Assembly: GCA_965206595.1 (NCBI GenBank)
Contig: OZ242214.1
Location: forward strand, 3,840,001 to 3,904,000
Direction: 5' to 3'
Length of the DNA stretch: 64,000 bases
Source: Candidatus Latescibacterota bacterium
Lineage (GTDB): Bacteria > Latescibacterota > UBA2968 > UBA8231
The translations under genes and the position numbers were made by a program. Below are positions 9,476 to 19,105 of this stretch, piece by piece. The notes under the pieces are model-generated. The model had not been told where the DNA came from. It saw nothing but the letters and a program-made list of their open reading frames with translations, and ran no database searches. Every line of letters begins with the position of its first letter. The stretch's first letter is position 1.

Positions 9476-11548
9476 TCACCCTTCGCGGCGCAGATGGATC
9501 ACGCTCATGCCATGGACGATGAGGCGCGGAATCGCGAAACGGACCCGCGACCCGCTGCTCTCGTGCGCGAGCACGACCGGCTCCCGCATCTCGGGGTAGC
9601 GCCACTCCACGCGCTCGACCCGGTATCCGTCCGGGACCTCGCACCCTGCCTGCAACGGCCCCACCGGAATCGGGATTTCGATGGCCGCCTCCTCGTCCTG
9701 GCGGTAGTTGATCCAGTGGATGACCACGGCGCCGACGGTCTGCGGGCGCCAGGCCCGTACGCGCACGAACCAGGGAGCATCGGTGACCAGCCGGGGAGGG
9801 CCGGCGAGTCGTTCCAGCTCCTCGAGAAATCGCTGGCCGAAGTCGTCCTCTTCGAGCCGGGGAAAGATCGGCATCTGTTGCGGGATGCCCTTTATCGGCA
9901 CCGTCTCCGGCGTCCAGGGACCGTCGGGAATGTGCATGCTGCCGCCATCGCCACCCGCTTCGAAATGTCCGATCGACCCGGCCGCCGGTGGTTTGCGCCA
10001 CCCCTGCAGCAGCGGCGCTTCGTGCAGCGAGCCGTCGGCGTCGCGGCGGCCGCTCTTCCCGGTGAACACGAGACGGCCTCCTTCGCGGACGAACTGCTCC
10101 AGCCGCTCGCCCTCGGCGGCGCTCAATCTCTCCACTTCCGGCAGGATGAGCGTCTCGTAGCCGGCGGCGCGCTCGATCAGCTGCTCGTCGAGAATGATGT
10201 CGAAGAACCAGTGGCCGTCCTCCAGATGCTGACCCAACCGCTTGAGCGCGTCGAGGCAATCCATCTGCATCTGCATCTCGGCGCGCCTGGGGTAGACGAG
10301 GGCGACCTGGGACCACGGTGTCGCCGGGTGGAGGAACTCCTCGTGGTGGAACATGAAGCGCTGGTAGCGGATGACCGGGCCGTAGTAATCCTCGGGGGCG
10401 ACGTTGACGCTCTCTTCCTGCTCCAGCCGCGGCGGCCCGGCATGATAGGCCAGCGCCGTGCCGTGATGGGCCATGGCCTCGCCGGCCCATATGCGCCAGC
10501 GCTTGTAGTCGTACTTGTTGATGACGAAAGGCCGGCCGCGGCCGGCGGCATACATGAAACGGGACGGCAGGCCCATGTCGGCGAGGTAGCCCTGGGCGAG
10601 GGAACTGACCGCCTTGGAAGGCCCCTGGCTGTACCAGATGTAATCCTCTCCCCTGGCCCACAGCTCCCGGGGCAGCAGACAGCGCTCGTCGTGCGGCCGG
10701 AAGTCGTACTTGTGGTTCCACTGCGCCAGGAGCAGTCCCGGTTTGAGCGACCGACCGTATTCGATGAAGACTTCGTCGAAGGACTCCTTCCGCTTGAGGT
10801 CGGAGCCCTGGGCGAGAACGAGCTTCAGGCGGGCGGCCGCGGCCTCGCTGCAGCCGGGAGCGGCGGTGAGCGCGTCAGCTACCTGATCGAGGTCGGAGAC
10901 CCCGAAAATCTCCTCGATCTCCTCTTCCCCAAGGCGCGTCCCGAGATAGCTGCGCGCATAGTCCAGGCAGTACCGGCAGTGGCAGAGGGACTCGTAGTGA
11001 TGGGTGGCGTTGAAGCCGTCGAGCCCGACCTCGATGCCCTTGCGCACCATCGCCTTGAGAACCGCCAACCACTTCGGATTGCTCATGCAGCCGCGGTAGG
11101 TGCGGTAGGGGCGGCCTTCGATGACACGCCATCTGAGCGCTCCGTCCGCATCCCGTTGCAGGACCTCCCCGGCAGTCGCGCACGGGGGCGGACCCAGCAG
11201 ATCGTCCGTCCAGATCTGCGCCCACTTCTCGCCGAAAAGGCCGAGTGCCTCCTCGTGATTGCCGAAATGCATGGTCGTCGACAGTTGGCCGCTGACGCTG
11301 GCACCCGCTTCCCGTATCCGGGGGATGACCTCGGCCGCCATGTCGAGGTTTGCCCGCGCACTGGCCAGGGGCATCCCCGACCACGACGGTGCGATATTCT
11401 CGTCGCCGGCCAGGGAATAGAAGTCCGCTCCGAAGTTCCCCACCTGCACCAGTTGTATTCGCGCCCGGCGTACGTGATCGACGACCTGAGACGCGGTGGG
11501 CAGGGTCCAGTGTTCGATCATGCGGCCGATGCGACGGTATTCGTCCAT
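9476..11548 (-). CDS. GH42-like TIM barrel with class I GATase-like (trimerisation) domain, putative glycoside hydrolase
   Basis: LDGFNATH..ESLCHCRYC cysteine cluster; YETLILPEVERLS...FVREGGRLVFTG domain; start at MDEY. Confidence 0.6.
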   Translation of the reverse strand: MDEYRRIGRMIEHWTLPTASQVVDHVRRARIQLVQVGNFGADFYSLAGDENIAPSWSGMPLASARANLDMAAEVIPRIREAGASVSGQLSTTMHFGNHEEALGLFGEKWAQIWTDDLLGPPPCATAGEVLQRDADGALRWRVIEGRPYRTYRGCMSNPKWLAVLKAMVRKGIEVGLDGFNATHHYESLCHCRYCLDYARSYLGTRLGEEEIEEIFGVSDLDQVADALTAAPGCSEAAAARLKLVLAQGSDLKRKESFDEVFIEYGRSLKPGLLLAQWNHKYDFRPHDERCLLPRELWARGEDYIWYSQGPSKAVSSLAQGYLADMGLPSRFMYAAGRGRPFVINKYDYKRWRIWAGEAMAHHGTALAYHAGPPRLEQEESVNVAPEDYYGPVIRYQRFMFHHEEFLHPATPWSQVALVYPRRAEMQMQMDCLDALKRLGQHLEDGHWFFDIILDEQLIERAAGYETLILPEVERLSAAEGERLEQFVREGGRLVFTGKSGRRDADGSLHEAPLLQGWRKPPAAGSIGHFEAGGDGGSMHIPDGPWTPETVPIKGIPQQMPIFPRLEEDDFGQRFLEELERLAGPPRLVTDAPWFVRVRAWRPQTVGAVVIHWINYRQDEEAAIEIPIPVGPLQAGCEVPDGYRVERVEWRYPEMREPVVLAHESSGSRVRFAIPRLIVHGMSVIHLRREG

Positions 11549-11720
11549 GTTGGCGATGCCTGCCTCTCTCCGTACTGGCGTTCGGGTTTTGTGGTTACCT
11601 TGTCGAAATCCGCGGCCGCGCTGTCTGTCCCGCTTCACTGAGCAGGGGCCCTTCCTCGGAGAGCGCAGCGGGATCGCTTGTCTCAGGCGAACGCCGTCAA
11701 CTATTGAAAGGTGAACGACC

Positions 11721-13163
11721 ATGCGACGCCACCGCACCATCTACTTCAACGACGCCCGTCACTACTACCTGTTCGTATACGATCCGCCGATGCGCCTGGA
11801 GGATGCCTGGGTGCCGGTCGACGAGGTGGCCGAAACCTCCGTCGACACCTTCAGCTATGGCGTCTCCCGTGCGGACGGCCTGTTCTACCCGTCAAAGGTC
11901 GGACTCCAATGGGGTTCCGACCGCAAGCCGTTCCGGAACGCCTACGAATGGCGCTGCTGGGAAAACATGCAGAGCCTCGCGGCGCGCGGACTCGATCCGC
12001 TCCAGGTCCTCGTCGACCGGGCCCACGAGAAGGGCATGGACTTCTTCGCCAGCCTGCGACTGGGGGGATATGGCGGCATGAACCCCGATCACAGCGTCGC
12101 CAACGGGGGCCGCGGATTCGTCCATGCCGAGGTGCGCGACCACCAGCGTGCCGTGGTTGAAGAGTTGGCCACGAGCTACGACACCGAAGCGGTAGAGCTC
12201 GATTTTTCCGCGGCGCCCGGCGGCTGCGCGCACTGTCTCAACCTTGACGAAGCGGGAGAGCAGGCCCATGTATTGACGGATTTCGTCCGCGACTGTGCTG
12301 CTACAGTCAGGGGCCGCTCCGGCGAGCCGGGACTGCTCGGAGCACGTGTCTACCCGACCCGAGAGCTCAACCGGCGCGCCGGATTCGAAGTCGAAACCTG
12401 GCTCGGGGAGGGCCTCGTCGATTTTGTCATACCGAGCTCCTACTCCTGTTTCGTCCTCGATTCCCAGATGCCGATCGCTTGGATCGTCGAGACAGCCCAT
12501 CGGAAGGAGATCTCCGTGTACGGCATCTTGCAGCCCTTTTTCCACGACGGGCGGCGCACCAACACCAATGTCGAGCACGCCACCCCGCAAAAGATGAGGG
12601 CCGCGGCCTCCAACTTCTGGCAGGCCGGCGCAGACGGCTTGTGCACGTGGTTCATGGACTGGCCCCTGCGGGAGGCGGAGCGGAGCATCCTCACCGAGAT
12701 CGGCGACCCCGACCTGACCAGGGAGGGGAACAAGCATTACTTCCTGCGCCAGCGCGCCGAGAAGGAGGAAAGCTTCGACTACGGCGCCGAGTTGCCAGCG
12801 GCGATCGCCGCGGACCCGGAAGAGACGCACGAGATCTCCTTCACGGTCTCCGACGATCCGGGAAACGAACGTATCGGCCGCATGGCGTTGAAGATCAACG
12901 TTGCCGACCTCGTCCCCCCGGACCGGTTCGAGGTCAGCCTCAACGGCGTCTCCCTGGCGTCGGAGCCGTGCCGGCGCTCACCGCGATGGCACGACGCATT
13001 CACCGGCGTGTGGCTGGAGTTCACGCTCAACGAGGTGCGGCCTCGAAAAGGGGTGAACACGCTGCAATTTTCCTTGCGGGAGAGACCCACTGACTTCGGT
13101 GGGGAGATCAGGATCGACGACGTCGAGCTCATCGTCGAGTACGATTTGTACGCCGCGAGCTGA
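11721..13163 (+). CDS. GHL10/DUF187-like glycoside hydrolase-like protein
   Basis: IYFNDA, FFASLRL, YDTEAVELDF, GADGL; C-terminal GVN.L...DVELIVEY as in the 3742 paralog. Confidence 0.7.
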   Translation: MRRHRTIYFNDARHYYLFVYDPPMRLEDAWVPVDEVAETSVDTFSYGVSRADGLFYPSKVGLQWGSDRKPFRNAYEWRCWENMQSLAARGLDPLQVLVDRAHEKGMDFFASLRLGGYGGMNPDHSVANGGRGFVHAEVRDHQRAVVEELATSYDTEAVELDFSAAPGGCAHCLNLDEAGEQAHVLTDFVRDCAATVRGRSGEPGLLGARVYPTRELNRRAGFEVETWLGEGLVDFVIPSSYSCFVLDSQMPIAWIVETAHRKEISVYGILQPFFHDGRRTNTNVEHATPQKMRAAASNFWQAGADGLCTWFMDWPLREAERSILTEIGDPDLTREGNKHYFLRQRAEKEESFDYGAELPAAIAADPEETHEISFTVSDDPGNERIGRMALKINVADLVPPDRFEVSLNGVSLASEPCRRSPRWHDAFTGVWLEFTLNEVRPRKGVNTLQFSLRERPTDFGGEIRIDDVELIVEYDLYAAS

Positions 13164-13455
13164 TCTTTGCGGGTTGCCGCGCGCAGCGGCGTGTTTCCGT
13201 ACGATGAGAAGCAACATCGAACCGATGAAAGACATCGCCAGAATGCTGCGGCGTCACCAAGAGCTCATCCTCAATTGGTTCAGGGCCAGGAAGCAGTTCA
13301 ACAACGGCATTGCCGAGGGCTTGAACCTGAAATGGAATCTGACGGTGAGAAAAGCATTCGGATTCTGCACCTTCAAGGCACTCCAAATCGCTTCATTCCA
13401 TCAGCTTGGCGATTTACCCGAGCCACAATTCACCCACGAATTCTACTGACGAGCC
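13164..13455 (+). mobile_element. ISL3-family transposase 3' remnant with right end
   Basis: MLRRHQELILNWF...NNGIAEGLN.K...RKAFGF...THEFY*; ends ...CTGACGAGCC (ISL3 ends read GGCTC inward). Confidence 0.8.
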
Positions 13456-13477
13456 TTTTTTCAAAAGGAAACCAAAA

Positions 13478-13693
13478 ATGAAACACCTGATCGTACTGCT
13501 GATATGGGCAGCGGTAGCCTCAGCTCATAGCGGGGATCGCGTATACCCCATCTACGAGCTTACAGATGAAATGTTGGAGAACATAAACTTGCATGACGGA
13601 CTGATTGACGAATGGTATGAGATCGGCGAGCCCAGTATGACGCTACTGGATTTCAAGACCGTACAGGACTTCATTCCGGCTGATCCATCCAAT
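13478..13693 (+). pseudogene. 5' fragment of a secreted CBM9/DOMON-like family protein, truncated by IS DNA
   Basis: Signal peptide plus AHSGDRVYPIYELTDEML...IDEWYE.GEP matches the 14168 and 28948 paralogs; homology stops at DPSN. Confidence 0.8.
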
Positions 13694-13695
13694 GT

Positions 13696-13873
13696 GGTCC
13701 CGTGGAGGCGGCTGCCAAGACCCTGGTCGGCCATCGACTCAAACGAAGCGGCATGCGCTGGAGGCGCGAAGGCGGACAGCAGATTCTCAACTTACGAATC
13801 CACGTGCAATCGAAACGATGGGAGGCTTTCTGGAACTGGTACTTGGTACCTTAAAAAGACTACCTCGCAACCC
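13696..13873 (+). mobile_element. ISKra4/ISLre2-like (UPF0236) transposase C-terminal remnant
   Basis: Unlisted frame 13696-13854: GPVEAAAKTLVGHRLKRSGMRWRREGGQQILNLRIHVQSKRWEAFW; probable end at ...CGCAACCC. Confidence 0.75.
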
Positions 13874-13894
13874 TACAGGATGGCTGCGTAAAAA

Positions 13895-14066
13895 CGCGGC
13901 TACACCCTTTACAAAGCTGCGGCCAGGGACTTCCGCTGGCGCCTTATCCCCCCCGGGGTAGAGTCATCGCCGTTTCAAGGCGAAGATTATCCCAACAAAC
14001 GGGATTGCCTACGCGCGATTGAAATAATGTAGAATTCCAAATACGCCCCCGTTTTGGACAGAACAA
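13895..14066 (+). pseudogene. YegP/DUF1508 family pseudogene
   Basis: Stitched translation YTLYKAAARDFRWRLIPPG/RVIAVS/GEDYPNKRDCLRAIEIM*NSKYAPVLD; two frameshifts and a stop. Confidence 0.65.
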
Positions 14067-14167
14067 ACACAGGGGCGCCGCTTGCTGAAACGAGCAGGCC
14101 ATAGAAACGGGCGCCCCCGGGCGCAAACCCCGCCGCCGGGACAACCCATAACTTTCAGGAGACTGAG

Positions 14168-15115
14168 ATGCAACCCATACGATGTGCAGCCATGATCCTT
14201 GTTCTACTGGAAGGTATGTATGGTGCTTCTGCTGCTCATGTGGATGACCGGTTGTATCCCATTTACTATCTCACCGACGAGATGGTGGAGGGGATTCGGG
14301 TAGATGATGGAACGATAGATGAGTGGTACGAGCTAGTGGGCGAACCCAACCTGACGACACTCGACTGCTCAGACAAATACAGGAATTATCCTTACGATCC
14401 GTCCGACCTGGATTTCCGTATCTGGTTGGCGTGGCACGATAACCCGGCTCGTTTTTATGTGGCTTTCGTGGGAAGTGATGACCTCTACGAGAACGATCAC
14501 GACTATGAAGCAACCTTCCCGGACAACGTGATAAACGCTCATGACAGCATCGGTTTTGCCATCGACGCAGATCATGGCGGTGGACCGGGCTTTAAAGTAA
14601 ATACAGATCCGACCTGGGATCAGCGCCATGAGCATTTGGGACGTTCCCAGAGTTACGGTGCCATTGCCCGTACAGCCAGAGGTTCCACCTTGGACCAAGG
14701 AGCAATACGAACGCATGTGGGAACATCATGGACGACTCTCCCGCCTTATGGCGAAGGCGGAGGTGGCGTGTACGGAGAGAATCCTTACATCAGCGTGATT
14801 GAGGCATATGTCACGCCTTACGACAGTTGGGTGGGTTGGGAAGGAGAGGAGATGGAAATCAGCCAAATGACTGCAGGACAGGTTATCGGCTTTGGCGTCG
14901 TGGTGTACGACAAAGAAAACGTAGATAACACCTCTTCAGGGGAAGATTGGATGGCCCAGTGGACCCCTGGATCAACTCCTGACCCTGGCTTCTCTGGACC
15001 AGACAGATACGCGGATGGCCTTCTCCTGGGCCCCAATGGCCTCGTACCAAGTGACAGTGCCGTGGAAATGGATTCATGGGCCCGGATCAAAGCCTCCTTG
15101 CATGTTCCCAAATAG
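14168..15115 (+). CDS. Secreted CBM9/DOMON-like protein with C-terminal SWxRIK tail
   Basis: CAGGAG RBS; signal peptide; VDDGTIDEW, DLDFRIWLAWHD, GQVIGFGVVVYD; ends SAVEMDSWARIKASLHVPK. Confidence 0.75.
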   Translation: MQPIRCAAMILVLLEGMYGASAAHVDDRLYPIYYLTDEMVEGIRVDDGTIDEWYELVGEPNLTTLDCSDKYRNYPYDPSDLDFRIWLAWHDNPARFYVAFVGSDDLYENDHDYEATFPDNVINAHDSIGFAIDADHGGGPGFKVNTDPTWDQRHEHLGRSQSYGAIARTARGSTLDQGAIRTHVGTSWTTLPPYGEGGGGVYGENPYISVIEAYVTPYDSWVGWEGEEMEISQMTAGQVIGFGVVVYDKENVDNTSSGEDWMAQWTPGSTPDPGFSGPDRYADGLLLGPNGLVPSDSAVEMDSWARIKASLHVPK

Positions 15116-15181
15116 GCAAACCGACTATGAGGCGGCGGATTTGGTCTTTCCGAGCCCTTCGCCTGATTTGCAGGGACGGGC

Positions 15182-15740
15182 TGAGATGGACCCCCAAATT
15201 CGGACAGGTACGTTAGGTGGATCCAACCCCTCTACGGAAGGACTGGAGACATGGGAAAACGACGTAGCTTCTCCGCCCATTCAAGGCCAAAGTCGCCTTG
15301 GAAGCCCTGGTCGGCGACCAGACGATGGCCGAGCTCGCCGCCAAGCACAATGTGCATCCCAACGTGATTGCGCAATGGAAACGGCAGGCCCGGGAGAGCC
15401 TGCCCGAGGTGTTCGCCCGCAAGCCCTCCCGGGGCACCGCCGACCATGAGGCTGAGGTCAAGGCGCTGCACGCCAAGATCGGACAGCTGACCGTCGAGAA
15501 CGATTTTTTGTCTCGCGCCTTCGGCCGTTGAGCCGCGACCGGAGGGAAGCGATGATCGATCCGGATCATCCCCGGCTCCCTGTCATGCGCCAAGTGCACC
15601 TTGGTCGCCCTCTCGCGATCCACGTTATTACTACTCGGCTCGCGGGGAAAGTTCCTCAACCGCCAAGTGATGCGCTGCATCAACGAGCAGTTTCTGGCCA
15701 CGCCGTGGTATGGGTCGGCAGATGGTCTGTCATCTTCGCT
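15182..15740 (+). mobile_element. IS3-family element remnant (left end, frameshifted orfA, start of orfB)
   Basis: TG-initiated end TGAGATGGACCCCCAAATTCGGACA; MGKRRSFS/FKAKVALEAL...IAQWKRQ...LHAKIGQLTVENDFL; orfB ...TPWYGSRQM. Confidence 0.85.
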
Positions 15741-15756
15741 CCGACTCCCTTCATTC

Positions 15757-16209
15757 ACTCATCATCGGGGGAGGGGGGGGAATCCTTCCGAAAACTCAGC
15801 AAGGTGACAAACCCTGGTGTTCCCTATTGATATCAACGACTGCAACAGAGGCCATACCTTGGTTTCCTGCTCGTCTATTCTCCCGGATGCAGGGATGCTC
15901 TCCGGGTCCATGAGGACCTTTCTCGCTGGGTACCCTGTCGTTCTTCGCATAGCCGGCCGAACCGAATCAATTCTCGTTTGTCGATGGAAGCGGGGAATCT
16001 TCTCGAATAGTCAGCAAGATGACGACTGCTGCTCATTGCCTCCGTCTCCATCGCCAGCGGAACTGAATCGATTCTCATCTGTCGATGGAGCGGCGAATCC
16101 TTTCAGAATGGTCAGGAAGATGACAACCTGCTGCCTGCTCCCGTCAGCTGGCATCCGAGGAATCCTCAGCTATCCTCCTTGCCAACTTGCCGACCAAACG
16201 GAATGATTC
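15757..16209. repeat. Degenerate ~100-bp-period non-coding repeat array plus one inverted copy
   Basis: Core GAATCYT..GAA...TCAGSAAGRTGAC at 15780, 15995 and 16095, weak copy near 15890, inverted copy 16180-16209. Confidence 0.7.
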
Positions 16210-16436
16210 ATCCTCACCCTCAGCGGCAGCTTGCAGACCCAGAAATGAGGCTCGCATCGATCTCGAACCCACGGTGCCAATTTGACACGCCTCCCTGTTC
16301 CGAGCTAACCAGTAGGGACGGGGATGTCCCATTTCTCTGCACTTTCTCCTATATGATTTTACCATATTATATCATCTTTAAATTCGCGGATGAGATTACT
16401 TAAATTACCCTTGCGTAGTTAAATACATAATTCCCG

Positions 16437-17291
16437 TCAAAAACGGCTCGGTTCGCTCATTTCCCGGCGTGCTTTGGCGACCAGGCCGGGCAAGTGGTCG
16501 GCATGGGCAAGGCGCTGTTCGAGGTGGCGCATGCGGGCCGCGTCCGCGGTCTCCACCATGAGGGGGGCGTACACCCGCTCGTACCAGAAACCGGCCAGGC
16601 TGGCTATGCACTCTCGCAGCAAGGCTTTGTCCTCCTCGCGGAAACGCTGCTGCAGGTTAATCGTGAACATGCGCCGGCGAGTGCCGCCGCCGAACGAAGC
16701 GTGTTTTATGCGGTGGTTGAAAACCACCAGATCGCCCGGTTGCATTTCCAGGGCCACGCACGGGACGTCCGTTCCGGGAATGCCCCAATTCTCCTCGCTG
16801 TTGTTCGAGCCCGAGGTAGGGATCGTTTCATGGACCCCGTCGGCATAGGCTTCGCCGATCCTGTGACTCCCCGGCACAACCCGGAGGCAGCCGCTCAGGC
16901 GCCTCACTTCATCGAGATAGAATGCCAGTTTGATCGAGCGGTAGCCCGGAGCCCGCCGGTAGCCGTCCGAATGCCAGGCCGTGTCGCCTGCGAAATAGTT
17001 GCCGTCACTGGACATGTAGTTGAAATCTTCGCCCAGGAGTGTGGTCCCGATGCTTTCTACGCGTTCGTCGTCGAGCAGCGCGCACAGATACGGATGCCGG
17101 TCAATAAAGGGCAGCAGGGCCGAATTCCGCTTGTCGTCGTGCGGGCGCTGGTTGTGGCCGCCCCCGTGCTCCGACCACACCGCCTCGAAGGCCTGGGAAA
17201 TGGCTTCGGCTTCGCCGGCAAAGAGTCGGGGAAAGTACAAATAGCCGAACAGATCGAAGAAGCGGGCTTTCTGGCTCGTCATCGCGGACAT
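16437..17291 (-). CDS. PhyH family Fe/2OG dioxygenase
   Basis: FDLFGYL, WHSD, VVPGSH, PGDLVVFNHRIKHAS, RRM. Confidence 0.87.
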   Translation of the reverse strand: MSAMTSQKARFFDLFGYLYFPRLFAGEAEAISQAFEAVWSEHGGGHNQRPHDDKRNSALLPFIDRHPYLCALLDDERVESIGTTLLGEDFNYMSSDGNYFAGDTAWHSDGYRRAPGYRSIKLAFYLDEVRRLSGCLRVVPGSHRIGEAYADGVHETIPTSGSNNSEENWGIPGTDVPCVALEMQPGDLVVFNHRIKHASFGGGTRRRMFTINLQQRFREEDKALLRECIASLAGFWYERVYAPLMVETADAARMRHLEQRLAHADHLPGLVAKARREMSEPSRF

Positions 17292-17483
17292 GAGAAGTTC
17301 TCCAATTCGGTCATCTCCATCTCCTGGACCGGTCAACGTCGGTTGTTGATACACAACCGAAGCAGGCCTCGCAAGCATCGCACGCCCCGGGGTTCTGGCC
17401 GTGCGGACAGCCAAGGTCCACCTTTACCCCGCTCGGGAAGTTGAAACCCGGAGTAACGTCATATCGGAGAACGGAAACAGAAA

Positions 17484-19097
17484 ATGAACGCAGACCAAGA
17501 TTATGGATTCGACGTGGCGGGTTTTCTCCATGTGCCGCAGGTGCTCTCGGCCGCAGAGGTAGCAGCCTGCAACGAGGCGCTGGACGCTGCCGGGCGGGAG
17601 GAGGGTATGCTCGAGTGGCCGGCGCCGCATGGGGACCCTTTTCAAGCGCTGCGGGAACACCCGGTTCTGAGCGGCTATGTCGAGTCGCTGTGCGGCGCTG
17701 GCTTCGCGATCGACAAGCCGCCGGCATTGCTCGGCGACGGCAACGCGACGGGCCCGGTCCCCCTTTCGGCAGGCGCCCACGAGCGCCGCCGCCGCCTGCG
17801 CTATGCCAACTACTCCGATACCCGGGTCAGCAAGGGGGTCAGGGTTTTCCTGGCGCTGGCACCCACGCCGGAATCGGGGGGGGTCGTACTGGTTCCGGCC
17901 AGCCACAATCGATACCAGGAACCGCCGCCCGATTTCCTCGCCGGCGCAGGGGATGCGGGAATGACCGAAGAGCCCGTGCTCGCAGCCGGAGATCTGCTCA
18001 TCTGTGCGGCGACGTTGCTTTGCGGGGTTCGCGGCCTTCCCGGACGCATCCTCGAGATGGAGTTCATCAGCTCGGGGGTCAGGCCTGCAGCGGGGTATGC
18101 CGAGATCGAAGCTCCGGAATGGACCGCCGGGTTGACGGCGGCGCAGATGGCCGTCGTCGGCAACAGGACGACGGGGCGCGGCGGCACGGTCGTCTCCGAC
18201 GGCGAGCGCGCCTGGGTGGAGACGGTCGAAGAGCAACCGCCATCGGTGATGTTCAACCTGGACGGACACAGCAAGCCGGATCCCGGGGAACTGTGGTTCT
18301 GGGACGTCCGCGGCTACCTCGTGGTGCGGGGGGTGATGGACGAGGAGTGGCTCGCCGCGGCGAACCGCGCCATCGATGCGGTGTTGGAAATGCAGGACCG
18401 CCTGCCGGAGGGTCACCCGTCGCGCATCGAGGAGGTCCCGGAACAGGCCCTGCGGGAAAACGACTGGAAGTGGCCGGAGGACACTTCTCCGAGGCTCTAC
18501 GGGGAAATCAACCGGCCGCGGATCGGCGGACTATACCAGCTGCCGGAGCCGCATTGCCTGGCGTTTCGCCGCATGATCGGGCACCCGGCCATCGTCAAAC
18601 GGCTGAACTGGATGCTCGGGTACGGTTTCCGGGAATCGACGGAACCGATGTGCTGCGTCTACCCGAAAGGGACCTGCGGCGGCTCGCTGCACGGCCAGAA
18701 CCCGGGGGGCTATACCGAATACAACGGACGCCAGCTCGTGGAGCAGACCAATGTGGCCTGGGCCCTGCAGGACGAGTCGCCCGGATTCGGGGAGGACAGC
18801 GGAGGGTTCCTCTGCGTACCGGGAAGTCACAAGGCGAACTACCCGATCCCGAGAAATCTGACGGCCAGTATCGATCTGCCCCAGGTCTACAAGCCGCCCC
18901 TGAAGGCAGGCGACGTTCTCTTTTTCGGCGGGGTCGCGCACGGCACCACGGCGTGGCGCAGCGACTGGATGCGGCGCACGACCATCCAGTTCATGGGTTC
19001 GGGCAATGTGGCCCTGGCCCCGGGGAAGAAGGGGGCCGGTTGGCGCTGGAGCTCCGACCCGAACAACCCGGCCAGGCCGGTGCCGGACACGGGCTGA
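17484..19097 (+). CDS. Tandem two-domain PhyH-like protein
   Basis: Two repeats, FDVAGFL...VPASH...AGD and WDVRGYL...VPGSH...AGD...AHG; iron ligands atypical. Confidence 0.8.
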   Translation: MNADQDYGFDVAGFLHVPQVLSAAEVAACNEALDAAGREEGMLEWPAPHGDPFQALREHPVLSGYVESLCGAGFAIDKPPALLGDGNATGPVPLSAGAHERRRRLRYANYSDTRVSKGVRVFLALAPTPESGGVVLVPASHNRYQEPPPDFLAGAGDAGMTEEPVLAAGDLLICAATLLCGVRGLPGRILEMEFISSGVRPAAGYAEIEAPEWTAGLTAAQMAVVGNRTTGRGGTVVSDGERAWVETVEEQPPSVMFNLDGHSKPDPGELWFWDVRGYLVVRGVMDEEWLAAANRAIDAVLEMQDRLPEGHPSRIEEVPEQALRENDWKWPEDTSPRLYGEINRPRIGGLYQLPEPHCLAFRRMIGHPAIVKRLNWMLGYGFRESTEPMCCVYPKGTCGGSLHGQNPGGYTEYNGRQLVEQTNVAWALQDESPGFGEDSGGFLCVPGSHKANYPIPRNLTASIDLPQVYKPPLKAGDVLFFGGVAHGTTAWRSDWMRRTTIQFMGSGNVALAPGKKGAGWRWSSDPNNPARPVPDTG

Positions 19098-19105
19098 TTA
19101 CCTCC

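Noticed and set aside
14068-14135. c-di-GMP riboswitch or hammerhead upstream of 14168
   Set aside because: A GGGGCGCC/GGCGCCCC stem exists, but the conserved cores do not match.
16030-16060. Fluoride riboswitch (GGCGATGGAG on the minus strand)
   Set aside because: The TTCGCC stem partner and the downstream TGATGAC element are missing.
15757-16209. CRISPR array or integron attC array
   Set aside because: Units are long and degenerate without unique spacers or clear RYYYAAC/GTTRRRY ends; no cas or intI gene.
17441-19105. 841-aa ORF extending the PHP phosphatase
   Set aside because: The upstream part is an alternative frame of the tandem PhyH gene.
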